Position numbers and translations under genes: made by a program. From contig JAEEKL010000150.1 in NCBI GenBank assembly GCA_016282395.1, forward strand, positions 1-45,388: a stretch of DNA of 45,388 nucleotides. The letters run 5' to 3'. Shown piece after piece: positions 37,501 to 44,766 of the stretch. The notes beneath the pieces were generated by a model. That model had not been told where the DNA came from and made no database searches. It worked only from the letters and a program-made list of their open reading frames with translations. Numbering within the stretch: the stretch's first letter is position 1; the number at the start of each line of letters is the position of its first letter. Source of the stretch: Bacteroidales bacterium. Lineage in GTDB: Bacteria; Bacteroidota; Bacteroidia; Bacteroidales; WCHB1-69.

Positions 37501-38099
37501 TCCTTCTGGCCGACAAACTGGGACTGGACATTCTGCCCATTGTCACGCACGGCATCGGTGACATGTTTCCCAAACACGACACATGCATCCATCGAGGAAT
37601 CGTCACGATTTCCATCCAAAAACGCATACAGCCTGACAATTGTGATTTCAGGAACGGGAAAAGCACATTAGAAACCAGCAGGCTCTTCCGTCATTATTTC
37701 ATTGAAGAATATGCCGCCTTAAAAGAACAATGTGAAGATTGCGATTATCTGAAAGATATCGTTTATCACAACTACATATACAAAGGCCGGGAGGTCGAGC
37801 GTCAATGTCGCAACAAATTTCATCATATCAATACGTTATGTAATCATCTCAAAGAGCTTCCAAAAGCAGGAAAGCTTTTGTACAAGCATTGCGGCAATGG
37901 CGAATTATCCTTGATGACCGCCCTGTTAAGCAAACACATCAAGGTTACTGCGTACGATGCCGACGACAACTGCATCGCTTTGGCATCCCATTGCTTTTCG
38001 GTTCCTGAAAACCTGCACTACACTTCCGAACACCCTGACGAATCACAGTATGACTTCATCATTGACGAACAAACCATCCTTCAGTCTCCAACGAAATAA
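34536..38099 (+). CDS. Trifunctional fusion of an MMPL/RND-like exporter, a PlsC-type lysophospholipid acyltransferase and a degenerate class I methyltransferase-like domain
   Basis: 1187 aa. About 12 TM segments occupy the first ~800 aa. The acyltransferase motifs 'NHQSHFD' (around 37242) and 'FPEGTRS' (around 37443) follow. The C-terminus has 'LLYKHCGNGELS...KVTAYDADDNCIALA'. ATGA overlap with the GT2 gene. Confidence 0.85.
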   Translation: MKSFFIKTYRFFEAKPVMLWTILFVTIGLSVFSASRLHLVEDIGSFLPNSREYKSINEAYQHLGGDNKLIVSIAMTDTTAETDMDLLSSVADEVADKLSEADTTGLIKQLRYQVDDQEVTSVMAFVLENIPYFLSEADYRRMDTLITPEHISLQLAADRQLLASPIPMMRPMVQNDPLFFSSDVLQSLSDFKLDDSYQTDNDHIFNKAGTESQVIVTSNYPLSETRSNGQLIRLIDETIQEVARQHDGKVHISCFGASQVSLTNSRQIKKDSFIAIGLSLLLIITLLYYYYRNSRSILMILVSISFGALFALGLLSLIKNPVSVIAIGVASIILGIAINYPIHFLSHFKRTDDKEQILKDIVNPLLIGNITTVGAFLSLLFISSDAMKDLGLFSALLLAGTILFVLIFLPHLIGKHFQGTNRDLAFRRVAEFRFENIPGIFWVIVALTVVFYVFSSRTTFDTDMHHINYMTKEQQAAFDKLRAESDTSVHTIYAIAEGGTLDEALSRQELLLCALTRSDSVYPSAIVRYSGIGRFFPSQETQRQRLEQWNTFWEGKREVFCANLDQAARLNGFNPEAFAPCKENILRTYTIQDNSFFQPIREPLASNYVFQAEDKVIVYNILKVKKENSDNIVNFLNRTAPTGAFAFTDTSIASLLVNALSNDFNYVLYICGFIVFAFLLFSFGRVEISLMAFLPLFIAWIWILGIMGITGIRFNIVNIILATFIFGMGDDYSIFVTEGLLHERAYGRKMLAQFKNSIILSATIMFISIGMLIFAKHPAMRSLAEVTIIGMFSVVLMAYIVPPVVFKWLTTRKGKPRRQPVTLGSLFRSAIGFPYFFGGVLVMSVGGLIWLKIGKRNDANKLKYHTLLQKLLYSTARTIPKSSFTITNPFSETFEKPAVIISNHQSHFDLMYLLMLHPKIIALTNDWAWNTPLYKRIVRNADFLPASYGMDSNFPKIQQMVDKGYSVLVFPEGTRSFDQNILRFHQGAFLLADKLGLDILPIVTHGIGDMFPKHDTCIHRGIVTISIQKRIQPDNCDFRNGKSTLETSRLFRHYFIEEYAALKEQCEDCDYLKDIVYHNYIYKGREVERQCRNKFHHINTLCNHLKELPKAGKLLYKHCGNGELSLMTALLSKHIKVTAYDADDNCIALASHCFSVPENLHYTSEHPDESQYDFIIDEQTILQSPTK

Positions 38100-38108
38100 T
38101 CCAGCATC

Positions 38109-39608
38109 ATGTCCAACAACAAATACGATATCGCCATACTTGGCACTGGTTTGGGAGGGTTAGTCTGCGGCTACATCCTCAGCAAAAACGGCTACAAGGT
38201 TCTTCTGTTAGAAAAAAACGCCCAAATCGGTGGTTGTCTGCAGACGTTCAAGCGTTTCGGCGTGAAATTCGACACAGGGATGCACTATATCGGCAGCATG
38301 CTGGAAGGCCAGATTCTTCATCGGCTTTTCTCCTATTTGAAATTAGCCGAAGCGGTCCCCATTAGCCAGTTAGACAAAAACGGATATGACGTTTTTTCCA
38401 TCAATGGGCAAACCTACCGCTATGCGTCCGGCTATGAGCAGTTCACCGAGGCACTATGCGAGAGCTTCCCAAACAACAGCAAAGACATCCGACGGTACGT
38501 TCAGCAGTTGAGGGAAATCGCCAGCGCATCGCCACTATACAACCTGCGTAAAGTGGAAGACAACGTGTTCATTGAGGCGGACTATATCAAGACCAGCATC
38601 AATGACTTTATCGCCTCTATCACGGACAACACCACACTGCAAAACGTTCTGGCCGGCAACCTGCCCTTGTATGCCGGTGTCAAGGACAAAACCCCGACAT
38701 ACATTCACGCACTCATCAACAATTTCTACATACAGAGTGCGTGGCGCATCATCGGGGGCAGCGACACCATTGCCGCCGCCCTTGCCCGGCACATCCGCGA
38801 TTTTGGCGGGGAAATCCGCACCAACAGCGAAATTTGCGAGATTGTATGCAACGATGAGAAAGCCACAGGTGTGACACTGAAAAACGGAGAGCAGGTGGAG
38901 GCTGATTATTTCATCTCCAATATTCATCCTCAGGCCACCATCAACATGATTCACTCCCATCTCATCAGAAAAGTCTATCGGACCCGCATCCTCAACCTGG
39001 AGAACACCATATCCAATTTCACCGTGTATATCAAATTCAAGGAACGGGCGACACCCTACCTCAACTACAATTACTATTTCTACGAGAACGAAGATGTATG
39101 GACGGCCAACAACCGACGAAAAGGCGACCCGTTGAAAAGCTATCTTTTCATGCACCAATGTGCCGAGAACCACCAACAGTGGGCGCAAAGTGCCGAGATG
39201 ATAGGCTACATGCACTTTGACGAGGTGAGCCAATGGGCAGACACTCGCGTCGGACATAGAGGCGACGACTACACAGCCTTCAAACGAGCCACCGCCGAGC
39301 ACTATCTCGACGTGTTGGAGCAATCCTTCCCTGGCATACGGTCTGCCATCGAGGGGTATGAGACCTCCTCTCCTCTCACCTACCGCGACTACACAGCCAC
39401 CAAAGACGGCTCCATGTATGGCATTATCCGCGACAAGAGCTTCCCCACGCAAACACTCGTTTCGCAGCGTACGAAAATCCCCAACCTCTTCTTGACAGGG
39501 CAGAACATCAACTCGCACGGCATTCTGGGGGTGACCATCGGTGCCGCCCTCACCTGCGCCGAATTTCTGGGACTGAATAAAATCATCGAAGAGATTGAAA
39601 ACGAATGA
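38109..39608 (+). CDS. FAD/NAD(P)-dependent oxidoreductase, phytoene desaturase (CrtI)-family
   Basis: 'DIAILGTGLGGLVCGYILSKNGYKVLLLEKN' dinucleotide fold, 499 aa. Confidence 0.85.
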   Translation: MSNNKYDIAILGTGLGGLVCGYILSKNGYKVLLLEKNAQIGGCLQTFKRFGVKFDTGMHYIGSMLEGQILHRLFSYLKLAEAVPISQLDKNGYDVFSINGQTYRYASGYEQFTEALCESFPNNSKDIRRYVQQLREIASASPLYNLRKVEDNVFIEADYIKTSINDFIASITDNTTLQNVLAGNLPLYAGVKDKTPTYIHALINNFYIQSAWRIIGGSDTIAAALARHIRDFGGEIRTNSEICEIVCNDEKATGVTLKNGEQVEADYFISNIHPQATINMIHSHLIRKVYRTRILNLENTISNFTVYIKFKERATPYLNYNYYFYENEDVWTANNRRKGDPLKSYLFMHQCAENHQQWAQSAEMIGYMHFDEVSQWADTRVGHRGDDYTAFKRATAEHYLDVLEQSFPGIRSAIEGYETSSPLTYRDYTATKDGSMYGIIRDKSFPTQTLVSQRTKIPNLFLTGQNINSHGILGVTIGAALTCAEFLGLNKIIEEIENE

Positions 39609-39618
39609 TGTTTTTTTC

Positions 39619-39626
39619 TATCTTTG
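39619..39626 (+). promoter_or_regulatory. Internal -7 box TAtcTTTG upstream of the radical SAM gene
   Basis: Exact TAnnTTTG match in the 100-nt gap 39609-39708. Confidence 0.45.
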
Positions 39627-39670
39627 CACTTTTAAATTTTCACCTAAAACATAATCATAAATTTATCGAC

Positions 39671-39705
39671 AGCTAATAGCCAATAGCTAAAAGCAAAAAG
39701 CTGAA
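39671..39705. repeat. Degenerate heptamer tandem repeat (agctaat agccaat agctaaa agcaaaa agctgaa) abutting the radical SAM start codon
   Basis: Read directly. It ends 3 nt before ATG 39709. Confidence 0.6.
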
Positions 39706-39708
39706 AAT

Positions 39709-40998
39709 ATGAAACTGAAACTCATCTATCCAAAATGGAAAAAGTTACCTGGGCAAACAACCTTTAACCTGCCGCCACACGGCCCTGTAGTCTTTGCCGC
39801 CACCCTGCCCGAATACGTTGATGTATCTTTCACGGATGAGAACGTGGAAGAGGTGGACATGGATGAGGCGTGTGATGTGGTGGCCATCTCCATGATGCTG
39901 ACCACACAGGTGAAACGGGGCTGGGCCATCGCCGACGCATATCGTGCCAAAGGCATCCCTGTGATGTTCGGCGGCATCTCCACCATGCTGCACGCCGAGG
40001 AGACCCTACAGCACGCCGACAGTATTTTCTTAGGCGAGTCGGAAGGCCGCCAAGAGCAGGTCTTCCAAGACTTACAGAACGGTTGCCTCAAGAAAGTATA
40101 TAACTACATGGGGCACCAGCCCGACATCAATTTGGTGGGGCCGGCGCGCCGCGACCTGTACAAACGAGAGCTTTACAACCACAAGGGAGTGCAGATGGTG
40201 GATCTTTTCCACGCTTCACGAGGCTGCCGCTTCAGCTGCTACCCCTGCGCCGTGTCATACTTGGGAGGGCGCTGCTTCCGCCCCCGCCCCATCGACAAGA
40301 CCATCGCCGACTTGGAAAGCATCGACAACAACCGTCTCTTCATCGTGGACAACTCCTTGGCACAGAACAAGCAATGGGAAATGGACCTCTTCCGCGAGAT
40401 GATTCCCCTGAAGAAAAAATGGATCAGCCATACCATCGAAGACGACCCGGAAGTGCTGGATCTCGCCGCACAAGCCGGTGCATGGTACGTCTATCAGGCC
40501 GTATATGACACCTCCGACTACATCAAGGAGCGCGTGAAACGCTACCACGACTACGGCATCGGCGTGGAGGGCACCATCCTGTTCGGATTGGACAACCAGA
40601 CTGAAGACGACATCCTGCGCCTCATCGACTTCCTGCTGAAGATAGACCTCGATTTGGCCGAGTTCACCATCCTGGCACCGTTCCCGCACACCAAAGCCTA
40701 CGACGACCTCATGCGGCAGGGCCGTATCTTCGACCACGACTGGGACCATTACAACGCCGGCCAAGTGGTTTACCAACCCAAGCACATGACCCCGGAGCGC
40801 CTGCAGGAACTTTACGAATACGCCTGGAGTGCCTTCTACCACGATGAGACCCAAGAGGAGAAAATGTTCAAGCTCTTCACCAAGGTCATGCTCCGCGAGA
40901 TGGAAGACGGCACCTACCGTCCCCGCGACCGCAAACTCGCCAACAAGAGCTTCGGCAAGGACGTGGACCGTTCCAAGAGCCATTTCAACGAATTTTAG
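39709..40998 (+). CDS. B12-binding-domain radical SAM enzyme (class B)
   Basis: CX3CX2C cluster motif in 'ASRGCRFSCYPCAV', preceded by an N-terminal Rossmann-like B12-binding region ('DVVAISMMLTTQ...GIPVMFGG'). Confidence 0.85.
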   Translation: MKLKLIYPKWKKLPGQTTFNLPPHGPVVFAATLPEYVDVSFTDENVEEVDMDEACDVVAISMMLTTQVKRGWAIADAYRAKGIPVMFGGISTMLHAEETLQHADSIFLGESEGRQEQVFQDLQNGCLKKVYNYMGHQPDINLVGPARRDLYKRELYNHKGVQMVDLFHASRGCRFSCYPCAVSYLGGRCFRPRPIDKTIADLESIDNNRLFIVDNSLAQNKQWEMDLFREMIPLKKKWISHTIEDDPEVLDLAAQAGAWYVYQAVYDTSDYIKERVKRYHDYGIGVEGTILFGLDNQTEDDILRLIDFLLKIDLDLAEFTILAPFPHTKAYDDLMRQGRIFDHDWDHYNAGQVVYQPKHMTPERLQELYEYAWSAFYHDETQEEKMFKLFTKVMLREMEDGTYRPRDRKLANKSFGKDVDRSKSHFNEF

Positions 40999-41045
40999 CT
41001 GTTGGCTGTTTCAATCATATAACGTATAAAATACAAGAAACATAC

Positions 41046-41417
41046 ATGAAAGTACCCGAAAAATATTACGATGAGATTTTCCCATTTGCAGGACAATGGG
41101 ATATGCCCAGCGCATGTGGTCTGAAGATCATCCATAAAAACGGTAAAACCTATATCATCACAACAGAATTGTATCAGGAGAATCCCGGCACCTCCATCAC
41201 GTATGCGGGCGGATCGCTGATCAAACAGATTTGCGAGCAGAAAAAACTCGACATGCAATCCATCATCTACATCGAATGCAATCCGAACACCAATTCCAAA
41301 CTCTCTTTTTACGACGAAGAGATGTTTGAAGTGTCGTACGACATTGTGGATAACATGCCGACAAACCTCTCATACCGCCAGCTCAGCAAAGAAGAGATCC
41401 AAAACATTGTGGAATAA
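41046..41417 (+). CDS. Hypothetical protein (123 aa, no motif recognised)
   Basis: Clean ORF with coding-like composition, on the same strand and tightly spaced with its neighbours. Confidence 0.5.
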   Translation: MKVPEKYYDEIFPFAGQWDMPSACGLKIIHKNGKTYIITTELYQENPGTSITYAGGSLIKQICEQKKLDMQSIIYIECNPNTNSKLSFYDEEMFEVSYDIVDNMPTNLSYRQLSKEEIQNIVE

Positions 41418-41429
41418 TGCTGTGGAATA

Positions 41430-42290
41430 ATGCGAAGAATACTACACTTCCTATTCTGTCTGCTTCTGGTTTTAGCGGTCAGTGCACAGCCAAAGCCGGT
41501 CAAGTTATGGAAAGATGTGCCGGGCATGAAGTCACAGCCCACGAAACTGTATATCTATCCCGCTGACAAGAGCAACAACACCGGCACGGCTGTTGTAATC
41601 TTCCCCGGGGGAAGTTACAGTCACACTATGGGCATCGCCACCGAAGGTTTCGGTGTGGCCGAGTGGCTTAACAAACAGGGAATCAATGCTTTCGTGGTAA
41701 AATACCGCACCGGCAACCGGGGCTATCATCATCCCGCCATGATTGAGGATGCGCAGTACGCCATCCATTACGTGCGCCAACATGCCAAGGAGTACGGAAT
41801 TGACCCCAACAAAGTGGGCGCAATGGGCTTCTCCGCAGGCGGACATCTTGTCACCATGACCGGCGTTTTTTCCAAAGACAACTATCTCTCCAAATTGGGT
41901 ATCAATGACCAAACCTCCCTGAAGCCTGACTTCGTGGTGCCCGTCTATCCGGTGGTCTCCATGAAAGATGGCGTCGCACATAAACGCTCACGCAAAAACC
42001 TGCTGACCAAGCACTACACACCAGAACAACAGACCAAATTCTCCATGGAACTGAGCATTCCGCCAGACATGCCGCCCGTGTTCCTCGTAACGGCCAAGGA
42101 CGACCCGGTGGTGAAATACGAAAACAGCGTGCTGCTGGACCGCAGTCTCAGCAAGGCACGCATTCCACATAAGTTCCTACTCTATGAGACCGGCGGCCAC
42201 GGCTATGGCATGGACGAGAAACTCGCCCCTGAAGCCGGAAAATGGAAGTACGATTTCATAAAATGGCTGAAAGAGATCAAAATATTATAA
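41430..42290 (+). CDS. Secreted alpha/beta hydrolase (esterase/lipase-type)
   Basis: Signal peptide 'LLLVLAVSAQ', oxyanion 'IFPGGSY', nucleophile elbow 'GFSAGGH'. Confidence 0.8.
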   Translation: MRRILHFLFCLLLVLAVSAQPKPVKLWKDVPGMKSQPTKLYIYPADKSNNTGTAVVIFPGGSYSHTMGIATEGFGVAEWLNKQGINAFVVKYRTGNRGYHHPAMIEDAQYAIHYVRQHAKEYGIDPNKVGAMGFSAGGHLVTMTGVFSKDNYLSKLGINDQTSLKPDFVVPVYPVVSMKDGVAHKRSRKNLLTKHYTPEQQTKFSMELSIPPDMPPVFLVTAKDDPVVKYENSVLLDRSLSKARIPHKFLLYETGGHGYGMDEKLAPEAGKWKYDFIKWLKEIKIL

Positions 42291-42309
42291 TCCAATTTAC
42301 CTTTTCAAC

Positions 42310-43614
42310 ATGAACTTCATCCCTGAAATAGAATTCCAACCCAAAGCAGTCATCAAAGCTTTTCAAGAAAAAAAAATGAAGGAACAATTAGCTTATCTCA
42401 AGGCCAATTCTCCTTATTACCAGAAACTTTTCAATGATTTCAACATTGATATTGACAAATTCGAAAAACTTGAGGACTTGCAACACATCCCGTTTACAGA
42501 CAAGAAGGACTTACAGCTGCACAATTGGGATTTTCTGTGCGTCCCAAAGGAAAGAATCATCGATTTCATCACAACATCGGGCACCTTAGGCGACCCTGTG
42601 ACCTTCGCCTGCACAGACCGTGATTTGGAACGTCTTGCGTACAACGAAGCCGTATCGTTCACCTGTGCTGGACTGACTTCCAGCAGCGTGCTACAGCTGA
42701 TGACCACCATCGACAAACGCTTCATGGCAGGACTGGCCTATTTCCTCGGTCTCAGGAAGATGGGTGCCGGTGTCATTCGCGTGGGCAATGGCATCCCCGA
42801 ACTGCAATGGGACACCATTGAGCGCATCAAACCCGACACGGTAATGTGCATCCCCTCATTTATCCTCCGCCTTATCGAATACGCGGAAGAGAACGGCATT
42901 GAGTACCGGAAGTCATCCATCCGACGGATTATCGGTATTGGCGAGGGTCTTCGCGACCAAAACTTCGAGCTGAACTCATTAGGCCGGAAGATCAAAGAAA
43001 AATGGGATGTGGACCTGTTCGCCACTTATTCCTCCACGGAGATGTCAGCCACCTTTTCGGAATGCGAATACGGCTGTGGCGGCCACCACCATCCGGAGCT
43101 TTTGATTGTGGAGATAATCGGCGAGGATGACAAGCCCGTGCCTGAGGGCGAAGTGGGCGAGGTGGTCATCACCACCTTGGGCGTGGAAGGAATGCCCCTG
43201 CTCCGCTTCCGCACCGGTGATATGGCTTGCATACATCCGGAACCTTGCCGATGCGGAAGACAGACATTCCGCATCAGTCCCATTGTAGGCCGCAAGAACC
43301 ACATGATCAAGTACAAGGGCACCACCCTCTACCCGCCCGCCATGACCGAGGTGCTGACCAACGCAAATTACGTGGAGAACTACTACATCACAATCGGCAC
43401 CAACGAGACCACCGAAACCGATGATGTCACCATCACCATAGGATTGCGGCAAGAGCCAGATTTCGATGTGATTAAGGATTTGAAAGACCGTTTCCGCGCC
43501 AAAATCCGTGTCGCACCGCAAATCATCATCGCCCCCGTCGAAGAGGTCCGCAAAGTGAACTTCCCCGCAATGAGCCGCAAACCCGTCACTTTCATCGACA
43601 ACCGCAAACACTAA
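42310..43614 (+). CDS. Adenylate-forming enzyme of the phenylacetate-CoA ligase (PaaK)/F390 synthetase family
   Basis: 'TTSGTLGDPV' AMP-binding core, 'YSSTEM', 'FRTGD', 434 aa. Confidence 0.8.
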   Translation: MNFIPEIEFQPKAVIKAFQEKKMKEQLAYLKANSPYYQKLFNDFNIDIDKFEKLEDLQHIPFTDKKDLQLHNWDFLCVPKERIIDFITTSGTLGDPVTFACTDRDLERLAYNEAVSFTCAGLTSSSVLQLMTTIDKRFMAGLAYFLGLRKMGAGVIRVGNGIPELQWDTIERIKPDTVMCIPSFILRLIEYAEENGIEYRKSSIRRIIGIGEGLRDQNFELNSLGRKIKEKWDVDLFATYSSTEMSATFSECEYGCGGHHHPELLIVEIIGEDDKPVPEGEVGEVVITTLGVEGMPLLRFRTGDMACIHPEPCRCGRQTFRISPIVGRKNHMIKYKGTTLYPPAMTEVLTNANYVENYYITIGTNETTETDDVTITIGLRQEPDFDVIKDLKDRFRAKIRVAPQIIIAPVEEVRKVNFPAMSRKPVTFIDNRKH

Positions 43615-43625
43615 ACCACACAGCA

Positions 43626-44735
43626 ATGTTCGAAGAAACCCGCCCCTATTACGACCATGAGATTCCCGCTGCCATTGCGCGAGTTGGCGCGAACCCTTTT
43701 TTCCCTTCCATTGTGAAATATCTGTTTCCCGAAGCGGACATTAATACATTCAAAGAGAATTTTTCCAAAATCAAAACCATTGATGAATTCCAAACCAATG
43801 TGATGCTGAAAGCCATCTGGCGCATTGTGCATAAAAGTTGTACAACGTTCACCTGGGAAGGATTTGACCGATTGGACGACCACCATCGCTACATGTTCAT
43901 CGCCAATCACCGGGATATTCTGCTGGATGCAGCACTCCTGCAAATTGTCTTGAATGCAAATCATATCCAAACATCGGAAATCACCTTTGGAAACAACCTG
44001 ATGCAAGGCGACCTCGTCATTGACATAGGCAAAATGAACAAGATGTTCCGGATTGTACGGGGCGGCACCGTGCATGATTTCTACCGCAATTCCATGGAAG
44101 TGTCCTCTTACATGCGCTACGCTTTGCTGGAAAAAAGGGAATCAGTGTGGATTGCCCAACGCAACGGACGCACCAAGGACGGGAATGACCAGACAGAAAG
44201 CGCAGTACTGAAGATGTTTTCCATCAGCAGTCCAAAACCGTTTGTGGAGAATCTCAGTGAGCTTAACATAACACCAGTGGTCATTTCATACGAGTATGAA
44301 CCCTGCGACTTCATGAAGACGCAGGAGTTATACATTTCCAAATACCAACAATACATCAAGGAACCGGGTGAGGACCTGCGAAGCATATTGCAAGGCATCA
44401 CCCAATTCAAAGGCCATGTACATCTTGCGGTAACCCCCACCATCACCAAAGAGGAGCTCTACGAATGCGACAAACAAGAAAAAAACATGAAATTTTCCAG
44501 TCTTGCCGCCATCATCGACCAGCGCATTCACAATCATTACAAAATATGGAACAACAACTACATAGCTTATGATATATTAAACAACACGCAGCGATATTCG
44601 AAACGCTACACCTCTGATGAAAAGGAGACGTTTATAAGCTATATGGAAAACGGACTTAAAGGCCTCCGCGGTGAGGCCGACGAGCTTCAGAACCTGTTTC
44701 TGAAGATTTACGCCGGTCCTGTCCGGGAGCAATAA
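43626..44735 (+). CDS. Glycerolipid/lysophospholipid acyltransferase-family protein
   Basis: 'FIANHRDILLDAALL' (an HXnD-type motif) and 'WIAQRNGRTKDG', 369 aa. Confidence 0.7.
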   Translation: MFEETRPYYDHEIPAAIARVGANPFFPSIVKYLFPEADINTFKENFSKIKTIDEFQTNVMLKAIWRIVHKSCTTFTWEGFDRLDDHHRYMFIANHRDILLDAALLQIVLNANHIQTSEITFGNNLMQGDLVIDIGKMNKMFRIVRGGTVHDFYRNSMEVSSYMRYALLEKRESVWIAQRNGRTKDGNDQTESAVLKMFSISSPKPFVENLSELNITPVVISYEYEPCDFMKTQELYISKYQQYIKEPGEDLRSILQGITQFKGHVHLAVTPTITKEELYECDKQEKNMKFSSLAAIIDQRIHNHYKIWNNNYIAYDILNNTQRYSKRYTSDEKETFISYMENGLKGLRGEADELQNLFLKIYAGPVREQ

Positions 44736-44736
44736 C

Positions 44737-44761
44737 ATAAAAGGCGGCCAAATTGACCGCC
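44737..44761 (-). terminator. Hairpin plus T-tract downstream of tRNA-Lys, possibly bidirectional with the end of the cluster
   Basis: The minus strand reads ggcggtcaatttggccgcc followed by ttttat. The stem is only 5+2 bp. Confidence 0.45.
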
Positions 44762-44766
44762 TTCCG

